Shown here in pieces: positions 28,544 to 38,250 of a DNA stretch of 64,000 nucleotides. The stretch is from the IMG/VR virus record IMGVR_UViG_3300008952_003529; one strand, given 5' to 3'. Within the stretch, counting starts at the first letter, position 1. Each line of letters opens with the position of its first letter. This DNA comes from a virus. Below the pieces are notes generated by a model, which was not told the DNA's origin, did not search any database, and saw only the letters and a list, made by a program, of their open reading frames with translations. The position numbers were made by a program, and so were the translations under genes.

Positions 28544-31500
28544 AGATCCTTCAAACGGAGACTTTACACCTGCCGGAACCGGGACTAACGGTGAGGTAAT
28601 GTGGGGAGACGACTTAAAGGAGTCGTCAAAGCAAACCCTTGCTTCCTATATGAGCTCTTTGACGACAAACCCACAAACCCATAATGAATATTCAATAGGC
28701 CATTCTGAGTATGCTGAGACGTCCTATGTTGCAGCTGACGGTACCCCTGCGCCCATCCAAACCGGAGGGCAAGATCCAGATGTTGAGACATATACCGACT
28801 CGTTAGGTACTTCTTCTGCCGCTAGTGCCACGAGAACACTTTTTGATACAATGAGTAATTCTGGTAAATTTGACCAAGCTGCTCCAACAGACATTCCACT
28901 AAGCGATATCGTAGATAAAAATTCTCAAATTGACGGTCACCACCTACTATCAGACATTAAGGCCACGAGCGAACCATTTGAGCCAGGTGTTGGTGCGACT
29001 GACGGATCATCGTGGAAACCAATTCCAGCCGGCGCCCCTACTCAACAGCGAAAAATATCTCAAATTCTGCAAGGTTATAATCGTTTTAATCCTTCTGGTG
29101 CGACACCCTATATTGATGAAGGCGCGTTTTCTTCTCCTGGGTCGACGCAACAGATGGGGTTTGGTGTCTACGACCCAGACGCTGAGGGGATAGACTTTGC
29201 TACATTACGTAAAGTTGCGCAATCATTGTTACTTCGTCAAACTGGCCATGCCCGTGACGAAGACGCAGACCCCGCAGACTGGAGCCAGGTTGATGTTATT
29301 AACGCAACGAATGTCCAAACTGGTGCATCAAAAATATCGATTGAATTCTTAAGAACAATTAACGCATTCGGGGCTCCAAATAAACCGTTTGTGCCGACTG
29401 AGTTACGATATAGCGATAGGGATGGTAGCCCATTAGAGGCACAGAAAAGTTTTGGCGCTTTAAACTCTAATAAGGAACCGTTTACTGGTAAAAATAGACT
29501 AGCGATGCTAGCTGTCGCTGCAGAGGGTCTCGGCGCCATTGTATTAGGTGCGATTGTTGTCGGTGGTGTCATTGACTTACTAGACACAGGCGGCGGCTCC
29601 ATCCCGTCTAGACCTGCTGAAATGAAGTATGGTCGACATGCAGATGAGCCCCTGCACGTTCGAGTTCTAAGAGTGATGGGAGTTCCACGCACGAATCATT
29701 CGTTTGTTATGTGCGTAATTTTCGGACTTATTGAATTTGTGGGGTTAAATCCCCCGTCAGGGGACCCGCCCGCATCGGCGACGGGAAACTGGGGAGCATT
29801 TGTTACATGGTGGACAATATTCGTAGTTCCATATCTAGCCACTGCAGTTCAAAACGTATTGTGGGCAAGCGGGTACTATGCAAACCTCTTCAGAGTTATA
29901 CGACGTGATATTGACCGATTCTTAGATACAGCAGGAGGAATTCCTGGTGGTGGCTCCAATCCCGCTTTAGCAATTCTGGACTTGTTACTTGCACTAAACA
30001 CTTTTCCCTCATGGCGATTTTTCATGGTTCTTGCTGTGATTGGAGATTGCGCTCTTCAAAGAAAATATCGTTCGTTTCCGCTTGGTGGCGTTGGGTCAAA
30101 TCCACTTGAGAAGATGCCAAACACCGGACAGACTAGACAAGCTCAAAGTAAAATTGCAAAAGACAAAAATGCTTTAGCTTGGCGGCACAAAGCAGCTCCA
30201 GCCAGGTTTCTACTGCCTGAACAACTTACAACAGCATTCGAAGTTTTTGATATGGGTAAATCCACACCCGCTGCTCTTTTGTCACTGGTGGGCGATTCCA
30301 AGAACGATCCTGGTTCCATGTGGCCAACTGGTGAAACTTATTGGAAAAAGAAGCAACGCAATAAAAAATTGTCATCTAGTGGAAGGCTTCCAAAGGAAAT
30401 GGTAACAGCGCTTGAAAACCAGCTGGAGATTGAGTACATGCCATTCTATCTTCACGATCTTCGTACAAATGAGATCATTGGTTTACATGGCTTCTTAGAG
30501 AATATTAAAGACTCTTATTCTGTAAGTTATTCAGACTCCAGTGGATATGGTCGTATAGACAAGGTGAAAATTTATCAAAGCACCGAGCGTAGCATTAATC
30601 TTGATTTTTGGCTTGTCTCAACATCTCCCAAGGATTTTGATTCTATGTGGTTTACCGTAAATAAATTAATTACGCTGCTATATCCACAATGGTCGATGGG
30701 CAAAAGAGTCCAGGCAGGCGATAAGCATTTTGTGATGCCATTCTCTCAAATTCCCACTGCGTCTCCTATGGTTCGTCTCCGAGTCGGTGATGTAATCCGC
30801 GGTAACTATACGAGATTTAATCTGGCACGCTTATTTGGAATCTCTGAGGCGCTCGCGGCCAGCGAATCCGGTTCATCTGCTGATGATATGGCCCAACAAC
30901 AGGCATTTGATATATCATTTGATTCACAAACCGGCATGGATTGGGAGCAATATGAGGATGAGTTAGAGACCTATCATGCTCGATATGACACCGAGCCATC
31001 TTCTCCAACAGACAGCACCCACGGATTTTCTGTTGGCCAAGAATGTACACTGCTTGCAAACGTAGACGGATATACTACATGGGATAGAGGATCTGGTTCA
31101 GCTTCAGAGGTGCCCCCCGGCGCAGGGGCAATACATGTAGAGTCAACGCCATTTTTGAGCCGTACATTAAGCGAGGGGAGAGTAAAAGTTCTCGAAGTGC
31201 GATGGCTCGGTCTTGCTGATACAGCGGATGGTATTGAGGCAGAGACTGTTGGGGCGATGTCAATGAGAAATTCCGGTCACAATGTAGAATATTGTGTTAC
31301 ATGGGTCGACCCGAACAATAACGCTGACCCTTATTCTGAGGCGCTTGAAGAAAAGGGTCACTATCATCATTATTACGTTCTTCAAGAAGATCTGGTAGCT
31401 GATATGCCTATGCCAGTGGATTTAGATGAGACCGTCACACTTGATGAGCAGATAGAGAATATAGCTGCATTTTTTAGTCCAGATAATAACGCCATTGTAA

Positions 31501-31892
31501 GTTCTTTCGAGACCGCCGGCGGGAGAGGTCTTGCAGGATTCATCACTTCTTTTGATATGGATTGGGGCCTGAACTCAAATCTTTGGGACATGAGTAAGAT
31601 GGGAAGAAGAGCTCCGACGGCGATGAAGATATCTATGGCATTTGCCCCGATTCATGATATTCCTCCCGGGCTAGACAATAATGGGTTCATGCGATCAATA
31701 AATTACCCTGTTGGGAATATTGCTGGTATGCTCGGTACAGATCAATATGATCAAGGTTCAGCTGGAGAAGTTCAGATGTCAACCGATGCTGGCGAATCGC
31801 GTCGAGCTGGTGGCGTCGATGCTGGTAAATTAACAAGAGATCGTTTTGTTGCGGCTGTTAATGAGGCGTTCGCGCACATGGGATCGCCATGA
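28536..31892 (+). CDS. Large baseplate protein with a tube-like (gp48/gp54-type) domain
   Basis: Internal segment PFYLHDLRTNEIIGLHGFLENIKDSYSVSY...YQSTERSINLDFWLV...LYPQW...VRLRVGD and distal GFITSFDMDW...APTAMKISMAFAPIH; lies after the tape measure gene. Confidence 0.65.
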   Translation: MAEDPSNGDFTPAGTGTNGEVMWGDDLKESSKQTLASYMSSLTTNPQTHNEYSIGHSEYAETSYVAADGTPAPIQTGGQDPDVETYTDSLGTSSAASATRTLFDTMSNSGKFDQAAPTDIPLSDIVDKNSQIDGHHLLSDIKATSEPFEPGVGATDGSSWKPIPAGAPTQQRKISQILQGYNRFNPSGATPYIDEGAFSSPGSTQQMGFGVYDPDAEGIDFATLRKVAQSLLLRQTGHARDEDADPADWSQVDVINATNVQTGASKISIEFLRTINAFGAPNKPFVPTELRYSDRDGSPLEAQKSFGALNSNKEPFTGKNRLAMLAVAAEGLGAIVLGAIVVGGVIDLLDTGGGSIPSRPAEMKYGRHADEPLHVRVLRVMGVPRTNHSFVMCVIFGLIEFVGLNPPSGDPPASATGNWGAFVTWWTIFVVPYLATAVQNVLWASGYYANLFRVIRRDIDRFLDTAGGIPGGGSNPALAILDLLLALNTFPSWRFFMVLAVIGDCALQRKYRSFPLGGVGSNPLEKMPNTGQTRQAQSKIAKDKNALAWRHKAAPARFLLPEQLTTAFEVFDMGKSTPAALLSLVGDSKNDPGSMWPTGETYWKKKQRNKKLSSSGRLPKEMVTALENQLEIEYMPFYLHDLRTNEIIGLHGFLENIKDSYSVSYSDSSGYGRIDKVKIYQSTERSINLDFWLVSTSPKDFDSMWFTVNKLITLLYPQWSMGKRVQAGDKHFVMPFSQIPTASPMVRLRVGDVIRGNYTRFNLARLFGISEALAASESGSSADDMAQQQAFDISFDSQTGMDWEQYEDELETYHARYDTEPSSPTDSTHGFSVGQECTLLANVDGYTTWDRGSGSASEVPPGAGAIHVESTPFLSRTLSEGRVKVLEVRWLGLADTADGIEAETVGAMSMRNSGHNVEYCVTWVDPNNNADPYSEALEEKGHYHHYYVLQEDLVADMPMPVDLDETVTLDEQIENIAAFFSPDNNAIVSSFETAGGRGLAGFITSFDMDWGLNSNLWDMSKMGRRAPTAMKISMAFAPIHDIPPGLDNNGFMRSINYPVGNIAGMLGTDQYDQGSAGEVQMSTDAGESRRAGGVDAGKLTRDRFVAAVNEAFAHMGSP

Positions 31893-32191
31893 AAGGTGGA
31901 GTTCGTAGATATCGTAGGGCCCCTAAGCTTAAAAGAGGGAAATTTTATGGCACATTCGATCCAGGATTTTTCATTTACAAAGCTGTACAAAGAGGACAAA
32001 TATACTGCGATAGCTATGTAACAAAGCAAACAGAGCGACTTGATGTAATAGCTGGTGCCAAATATGGGGATGGAACCCTATGGTGGATAATCGCTGCTGC
32101 AAGCGGTATAGGGTGGAATCTCCAAGTACCAGCCGGGACATATCTTTCTATCCCAAAGAGGTTATCACAAATTGAGAAACTGATAGGGTGA
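31889..32191 (+). CDS. LysM-domain baseplate wedge protein (gp53/gpX-like)
   Basis: ERLDVIAGAKYGDGTLWWIIAAAS...GTYLSIP pattern. Confidence 0.85.
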   Translation: MKGGVRRYRRAPKLKRGKFYGTFDPGFFIYKAVQRGQIYCDSYVTKQTERLDVIAGAKYGDGTLWWIIAAASGIGWNLQVPAGTYLSIPKRLSQIEKLIG

Positions 32192-32194
32192 ACG

Positions 32195-35100
32195 ATGTCT
32201 CTTGTAGATGATAAGCTGTCTTTGGCTGTTGAAAAATTAGGAAGATATTTCTCCATTGTATCAAAAGAAGATTTTGTCGCCGCACTAGCGTGGGGTGGAG
32301 ATGATGTTGGGACTTTCGGTACTGAAGACTTTGATAATGGCGATGTTCTAGATCAGCTTGTACGATTATTAACGAACACCACAGAGGGTGGCGTAATCGT
32401 GAATGATATCGTCTCAGAATTAAATGATCTTTTGTCAGGAGATGATGGTACAGACAAAGCTGCGGCCGCAACTCTTTATAAGTTCGTGGGAGAGCCTGAT
32501 TCGTTCGGTACAATAGATTTTGATGGTATGCCTGTTTCTAGCGTTTCTATCAAAGATATGTGCGAGGGAGATGTAGTGAATCAGACGTTTGCCGCCCCAC
32601 AGAAGGCCTCACCTAACCTAACAGCGACATGTATTTATCCTGTTAGACTTACACCTGCCAATCGAGACACAGGCGCAGTCGCTCTTTTTATGAACGCGAT
32701 TCCAACTCTAGAGTTCTCCAGGTGCGTTCCATATTTGGACATCGTTATTATTTCACCAAATTCGCCTCTTAATGTTGACGGAAGTATTCAAACAATGTCT
32801 TTGATGCAATTTTTGCTAGGTCAAGCTATTCTGGATCCAGACACAGTGAACTACGATTTGGCATCCGCTATTGCTATGGATGCAGTAGGCGATTTTATAG
32901 AAAAAATGGAGGCAGCTGAAGCATCTGGTGATGAGGAGCTGCTGGAGGAAGTTGAGGCCGGTATCGCAACAGCTGGGATGGAGCTGTTTACCGCTCCCCA
33001 AACGCTAGTGCCGATGGATGAGATGTATGATGATTTTGAGGCAATCCAGGGTGACACTGACGATCCCGACGATGCACCTGGAGGAGTGGGCGGAACCAGG
33101 GGGGCTCCAATTATTGATCGAACTCGTCCATTTATGACTCTGGGGGACTTCAATATTACAGTCACTCCATCCAGAGGGATGATGTCTCATAAGACTGCCG
33201 AACTAAGCTTAACGCTCCATGATCGGTCAAGGCTTCAAGAAGTCGCAGAGTTTGTTAAGCCAGACCTTTATGGCAGAACAGAGCTTATGATTACGTACGG
33301 ATGGTCTCATCCTGATGATTCCGGAGCCTCCGCAGATGATGGTACACTTTCTGGAAATTTTTACGGTACATTTTTAAATGCGTTAAAAGTTACGGAAAAA
33401 TATGGGATCATTAATAGCTCTTTTTCGTTTGACGAAGTAGGTCAAGTTAAAATCAAATTAAAGCTTTCCATGAAAGGTGCCTCTCAAGTTGATACTACAA
33501 GTATCAGTAAGGGTGAGGGCGTCGACGATATTATGGAAACAATTCGTGACTTAACAGAGGCAATTTCAGTTTTAAAAAGAGAAATATTGGGGGATTCATC
33601 TGACTCTGCATCAGATGTGGGTGGTGCTACTTTTCTATCGTCAGCATCAGACACTAGTGGAGCATTGACAATAGATGAAGACACATCAAAGGCTATTGCT
33701 GCATTTTTAGATAGTCATAGAAATGAGGAAGAGGGAAGTCCCGTCGACGAACTCACCGATAACCTTACCGAACTTTTTGGTTCTGACGGTACGGGGGGCG
33801 CCGTCGCGGACGCGAAAAATACTATTGCTGCTGCTGTCGCTGATAAATTGAACAAGGCAAAAACTTTGCGCGCTAATCAGGATGACATATCAGAAACCAG
33901 AAGAGATCCATTTGCTAGAACTTTTACCGGTGCGGGTGGGTCTACGGAATTTGTTGATATCCAGTTTGATGATACCAAATATATAAGTCTTGGCGCACTT
34001 ATGCTATATTTTGTTGGAAAACCGCTAGCTGCGACACACCGATTTGACGAGGTACAATTTGTTTTTTACGCTTTTAACGATAAATCGACATACCTAAGCG
34101 ATTCAAATATTTCCGAATTCCCCATTAAATTTAGCGAATTTGAGAAGAAATTTAAAGAGCTCACTGAGACTAGCGCGAATATTCCATTGTCTCGTTTTAT
34201 CAGTATGTTAAACACTGAATACGTCCATAACCAAGCTGCTCCAGTTTATGGTCTGACTTCGTTATATGAAACTGATGACGAGGGTAATAGCAAAATGAAA
34301 GAGTCGTTCTCGGAAGATGCGACTGAGCTATACAACGAGAAGGTGAAGCGTCTAGAAGATGCATACGGTGTCAGCGAGGATCAAGAATTTAAAATGCCCA
34401 GAGTGGCGATGCATATCGAAGCAGTTCCTACCAGACTTGGAAGTGAATTAGGAAAACGTGGCACAATTTTAAGAATACACTTGTATGATAGCCAGGCCTC
34501 AAAGTATACGGCGCTTTCTAAAATGCTTATCGCAGCCCGAGGAAGCTCTTTAGGGATGCTATCATCTGCTGCATCGGAAGCGAATCGGGAACCGGGGGAA
34601 GATGAAGAAACGTCCATCGCAGATCACCAAGCGGAGTATGTGGCTCTTTTGCAAGATGCAATAGACCAGGGATTAATCGAGGCTGTACCAGAGTTGGTAG
34701 GAGTGACTGTCGATTCAGGTAGTGGGGATGTTACGATCGATCCTGAAGAATTTTCTAGAAATTACTTCAGGCTAAAAGGTGGGTTTCGTTCCCTAAAGGC
34801 CTTCATAACAAGAACAATGCCTTCCATAATCTATGGATCTCAAAACTCTGCGGTGATTAGCGCTGATCTTGCATCAATGAATAACTCCAAATTAGCTACT
34901 GTAAATATGCAGCGTGGTGGATTGGGCGGCGGTACGACAGCTCAGGGGTCTAGAGATTCTGGCCTCCCCCTCCAGACTGCTCCTACATCTTTAAGCCTCA
35001 CCACGCTTGGTTGCCCGGTGATTTCGTACGGCCAGTACTTCTTTGTTGATTTTGGGACGGGAACAACAGTCGACAATCAATATGTGGTTAGCGGAATTAG

Positions 35101-35230
35101 CCACACTATTTCTCAAGGGAAATTTGAAACAAAGCTGAAGTGTACACAGGTGGACGCATTTGGAAAGTATATAAGCACATTCCAGAGTATAGAGAAATCG
35201 TTAGCAGCAATGGCTGACACCGAAGACTAA
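32195..35230 (+). CDS. Baseplate hub protein (gp27/gpD-like)
   Basis: Follows the LysM gene; ELMITYGWSHP, and a C-terminal LTTLGCPVISYGQYFFVDFGTGTTVDNQYVVSGISHTISQGKFETKLK. Confidence 0.7.
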   Translation: MSLVDDKLSLAVEKLGRYFSIVSKEDFVAALAWGGDDVGTFGTEDFDNGDVLDQLVRLLTNTTEGGVIVNDIVSELNDLLSGDDGTDKAAAATLYKFVGEPDSFGTIDFDGMPVSSVSIKDMCEGDVVNQTFAAPQKASPNLTATCIYPVRLTPANRDTGAVALFMNAIPTLEFSRCVPYLDIVIISPNSPLNVDGSIQTMSLMQFLLGQAILDPDTVNYDLASAIAMDAVGDFIEKMEAAEASGDEELLEEVEAGIATAGMELFTAPQTLVPMDEMYDDFEAIQGDTDDPDDAPGGVGGTRGAPIIDRTRPFMTLGDFNITVTPSRGMMSHKTAELSLTLHDRSRLQEVAEFVKPDLYGRTELMITYGWSHPDDSGASADDGTLSGNFYGTFLNALKVTEKYGIINSSFSFDEVGQVKIKLKLSMKGASQVDTTSISKGEGVDDIMETIRDLTEAISVLKREILGDSSDSASDVGGATFLSSASDTSGALTIDEDTSKAIAAFLDSHRNEEEGSPVDELTDNLTELFGSDGTGGAVADAKNTIAAAVADKLNKAKTLRANQDDISETRRDPFARTFTGAGGSTEFVDIQFDDTKYISLGALMLYFVGKPLAATHRFDEVQFVFYAFNDKSTYLSDSNISEFPIKFSEFEKKFKELTETSANIPLSRFISMLNTEYVHNQAAPVYGLTSLYETDDEGNSKMKESFSEDATELYNEKVKRLEDAYGVSEDQEFKMPRVAMHIEAVPTRLGSELGKRGTILRIHLYDSQASKYTALSKMLIAARGSSLGMLSSAASEANREPGEDEETSIADHQAEYVALLQDAIDQGLIEAVPELVGVTVDSGSGDVTIDPEEFSRNYFRLKGGFRSLKAFITRTMPSIIYGSQNSAVISADLASMNNSKLATVNMQRGGLGGGTTAQGSRDSGLPLQTAPTSLSLTTLGCPVISYGQYFFVDFGTGTTVDNQYVVSGISHTISQGKFETKLKCTQVDAFGKYISTFQSIEKSLAAMADTED

Positions 35231-35267
35231 CATGAACATTGTATGATCGGGCTCTATTGTTATTTGC

Positions 35268-36458
35268 ATGTCTCTCTTTATTCACAAAAAATCTATTGGA
35301 ACCAGCAGAAATCTTTTTTTGGATGATGGCGAGGTTTGCTGGACTCCCACTGAGGTTGATGCAACATTTACATACGGCTGTCTCACAAGACCTAATTCCA
35401 TTGAGCCGCTACTTAGTCTTTTTGGACTGACTCTTCCAGATTTGATACCACCTCGATTTGTCGAGGCCATGCGAATTTGTGGGATGACATCTGGCATACC
35501 GTGGGGAGACGTACTTCCAAAGAATCAATTTATGGAGAGGTTTAAGCACTTCATGAACAAGCTAGCAGAGGCACAAGCCGTACTTCATAGTAATGAATAT
35601 TCTCATTTTTTTATTAAGACAAATGAAATTTTAGGCAAACTGTCTCCATGTGAAATTGACAGTAAGTTCGCAGCTCAAGAATTGCAGATATCAGATTCAG
35701 CTGCATTGAGAAGTTTTTTGAAATCCAGCCGGAGTGTTCCGCTCTATTGCAGGGCTTCTACGAAAACTGGCCGATTGACAATCAAGGATGGCCCACAAAT
35801 TCTGACCCTTAAGAAAGAATATCGTAAAGTATTAAAAAGCACATTCTCAAGTGGGTCGCTTTATGAAATCGATTTTACATCTCTAGAGCCAAGAGTCGCT
35901 TTTAATATTACAGCTGGTGAGAAACTGCTTCCTGGAGAGAAGAGCCCCGCTGATTTGTACCAATTCTTTATAGAAAAATCCAATATTCAAATTCAGAGAG
36001 ACACAGCGAAGCTCGCAGTATTATGCTCACTTTACGGTGCGGGAACTTCTAAGTTGAGGTCAGTTTTGCAGAAAGATGGGAGTACATTTTCCGCTGATAT
36101 GCTAATCAAGAGGGTAGAGTCGTTTTTCGGCTTAAAAGAGATATTCAGGATGTTGAATGACCAAGCGCAATCAGGATATATCACTAATTTTTATGGCCGA
36201 CCCATTGAGGTCACGGATGCTCGCCGCAATGTGCTTGTGAATAATTTCCTGCAATCATCCGCGGTCGACGTTGCATTGGCAGGGTTTTGCCAGATCGCTG
36301 AAAATATTCCTTCATGCAAGCCGGTATTTATTATTCATGATGCTCTAATTATGGATGTGCCGAAAGGACAAGAAGACGCTTTGGAGAACATCGTTGCTCA
36401 AGGATTTTCTGATGAGAAGATGGGACACTTTCCTCTCAAGCTCACGAGGCTAAAATGA
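35268..36458 (+). CDS. Minimal family A DNA polymerase (polymerase domain only)
   Basis: TKTGRL; motif A IDFTSLEPRV; motif B RDTAKLAVLCSLYG; NNFLQSSAVD; motif C IIHDALIMDV; no exonuclease domains recognised. Confidence 0.82.
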   Translation: MSLFIHKKSIGTSRNLFLDDGEVCWTPTEVDATFTYGCLTRPNSIEPLLSLFGLTLPDLIPPRFVEAMRICGMTSGIPWGDVLPKNQFMERFKHFMNKLAEAQAVLHSNEYSHFFIKTNEILGKLSPCEIDSKFAAQELQISDSAALRSFLKSSRSVPLYCRASTKTGRLTIKDGPQILTLKKEYRKVLKSTFSSGSLYEIDFTSLEPRVAFNITAGEKLLPGEKSPADLYQFFIEKSNIQIQRDTAKLAVLCSLYGAGTSKLRSVLQKDGSTFSADMLIKRVESFFGLKEIFRMLNDQAQSGYITNFYGRPIEVTDARRNVLVNNFLQSSAVDVALAGFCQIAENIPSCKPVFIIHDALIMDVPKGQEDALENIVAQGFSDEKMGHFPLKLTRLK

Positions 36459-36973
36459 ACGAAGAAAAATTACGAAAATATATCCGGCGAATGCTTACAG
36501 AAGAGGCTGAGGAGCCACAACCTCCTACACGACCAAAACGTAGAGGTGTTAAAACGAAACCAGGATCAATAACTGCGTCTATCGGTCGGGGGAACACCAG
36601 CACCGGCGTAAAAGAAGCAGGTGCATTAGCAAAAGACAACCCCAAGCAATTAATGAAAAATCTCAAGATTTCATCTGGAGGCCCAGGCGATTTAAAGGGT
36701 ATTGGGTATATTCTTAAACAAGCGTTTAAGGGGGCTGAAGCAATGCAACAAGCATACTCTGGTCATAGTACTGTGAGTAAAGGTGATAAAAAAGGTATTA
36801 AGGTTTCTATGTCTAAGCTTGATCCTCGAAATGGTGTGAAATATCTTCAACATACTCTTTTTGCTGCGAAAGAAGCTGGGATGTTCAAGTTAAAAGATGC
36901 GCTACAAATAGACGTCGATGGTAAAGATATCGTCATTTATTTTTCTGAACATAAGGGTAGCTGGAACAAATAA
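36455..36973 (+). CDS. Hypothetical protein
   Basis: ATGA overlap with the polA-like gene; N-terminal KLRKYIRRMLTEE helix. Confidence 0.75.
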   Translation: MNEEKLRKYIRRMLTEEAEEPQPPTRPKRRGVKTKPGSITASIGRGNTSTGVKEAGALAKDNPKQLMKNLKISSGGPGDLKGIGYILKQAFKGAEAMQQAYSGHSTVSKGDKKGIKVSMSKLDPRNGVKYLQHTLFAAKEAGMFKLKDALQIDVDGKDIVIYFSEHKGSWNK

Positions 36974-36977
36974 AGCC

Positions 36978-37005
36978 TTGTACATCCCACCAGGAATGTT
37001 AAAAT
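36978..37005 (+). promoter_or_regulatory. Possible sigma70-type promoter for the exonuclease gene
   Basis: TTGTAC, 16-nt spacer, extended -10 TGT-TAAAAT; GGAG Shine-Dalgarno downstream. Confidence 0.5.
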
Positions 37006-37026
37006 ATATCTTGGTAGGAGAAATGT

Positions 37027-37866
37027 ATGAAGCATTTAGAAAATAAGGACGGTCTTGTAGTTCTCACTAAGTTCTCTGGACTGTCGGCCCCTGATCGAGA
37101 GCCCATTTCTGGAGATGTTCCAGCAGTTGTGCTGGATGTGGAAACAACCGGCCTTCGAGCAGACAAAGACGAAGTTATTCAAATCGCTATACGCCCGTTT
37201 TTTGTGAGCCCCTCGACCGGTGAAATTTCTGGTATTAAGAAAACGATCGAGTTCAAGCAGCAACCGACATACCCTCTCTCGCCTGAAATTCAAGACATTA
37301 CAGGCTTCTCTGATGAAGACTTGAAGGGTCATGAGATTAATTGGGCTCGAGTTGCAAAGATTTTAAATTCATGTCAATTTATAATTGCTCACAATGCAAG
37401 CTTTGATAGGGAATGGGTAGACACGAACCTTAAAAGGAACGGCCATTCGCCTCCCCCTGATGCCATCTGGTGTTGCTCAATGTCTCAAGTTATGTGGAAG
37501 GACATTTGCCGCCCATCAAAGGCTCTAGAGGTCCTCTGCGCCTGGCATGGTTTTTTCTATAATTCCCATAACGCTATTGCTGACATTGATGCGACTCTCC
37601 ACCTTCTGAGGATGAGTGATAAGATGGAAGAACTGCTTCAGACGGCAGTAAAATCTGATTATCATGTTTTTGCTGTTGGGTCTCAAAGGGATGAGAATCC
37701 GCTTTTGAAATCTCGTCGTTATCGCTGGAATCCCGAGCTAACATGTTGGTGGAAATCTACGCCGAATCAAAATGCGGCGGAAGATGAGTGCGAATGGCTA
37801 GCACAGAACTTAAGAAAAGTAGAGCCGCAATTTTTTGAAGTAGAGCCGCAGAATCGTTTTTCTTGA
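37027..37866 (+). CDS. DEDDh 3'-5' exonuclease (DnaQ / Pol III epsilon-like)
   Basis: ExoI VLDVETTG, ExoII IIAHNASFDR, ExoIII HNAIADIDAT. Confidence 0.9.
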   Translation: MKHLENKDGLVVLTKFSGLSAPDREPISGDVPAVVLDVETTGLRADKDEVIQIAIRPFFVSPSTGEISGIKKTIEFKQQPTYPLSPEIQDITGFSDEDLKGHEINWARVAKILNSCQFIIAHNASFDREWVDTNLKRNGHSPPPDAIWCCSMSQVMWKDICRPSKALEVLCAWHGFFYNSHNAIADIDATLHLLRMSDKMEELLQTAVKSDYHVFAVGSQRDENPLLKSRRYRWNPELTCWWKSTPNQNAAEDECEWLAQNLRKVEPQFFEVEPQNRFS

Positions 37867-37880
37867 GATAATTAAAATAG

Positions 37881-38150
37881 ATGAGTATCGATCACGAAAA
37901 AAAGCTTAGAGAGTTTATTAGGTTTCTTGTTGAGGAAGCCGAAGTTCTTGGCGAACCCGATTTTATACCGGGTCGTGATGAGGATGATGATGAGGGTCAT
38001 CATGATGAAGCTTCGACGGGCGGTGTCCCGGGTCCGATGCTTCCATTGGGTATGGGTTCCCCATCTGCTCGCCGAAAAAGACGGAAAGATGCCACGACCG
38101 CAAATGCGTCTGGTTTCGGCGGCGCAAAGGCCCATAAAAAAAGAAAATAA
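37881..38150 (+). CDS. Small hypothetical protein (acidic centre, basic C-terminus)
   Basis: 89 aa; preceded by ATAATTAA; N-terminal KKLREFIRFLVEEA. Confidence 0.7.
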   Translation: MSIDHEKKLREFIRFLVEEAEVLGEPDFIPGRDEDDDEGHHDEASTGGVPGPMLPLGMGSPSARRKRRKDATTANASGFGGAKAHKKRK

Positions 38151-38250
38151 ATTTGAACATTGACAGCTTAACTATTAAATTTTACTTGTCCTTAGGGATA
38201 CCCATACTGGGAAATTAAACATTGCATATTAAAAATTTGGAGATTACAAA

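Noticed and set aside
35239-35430. 63-aa + strand ORF overlapping the polA-like start
   Set aside because: It overlaps the longer polymerase ORF in another frame and has no motif.
37816-37857. 13-nt direct repeat aagtagagccgca at the end of the exonuclease gene
   Set aside because: Only two copies, encoding KVEPQ/EVEPQ in frame; a trivial local duplication.
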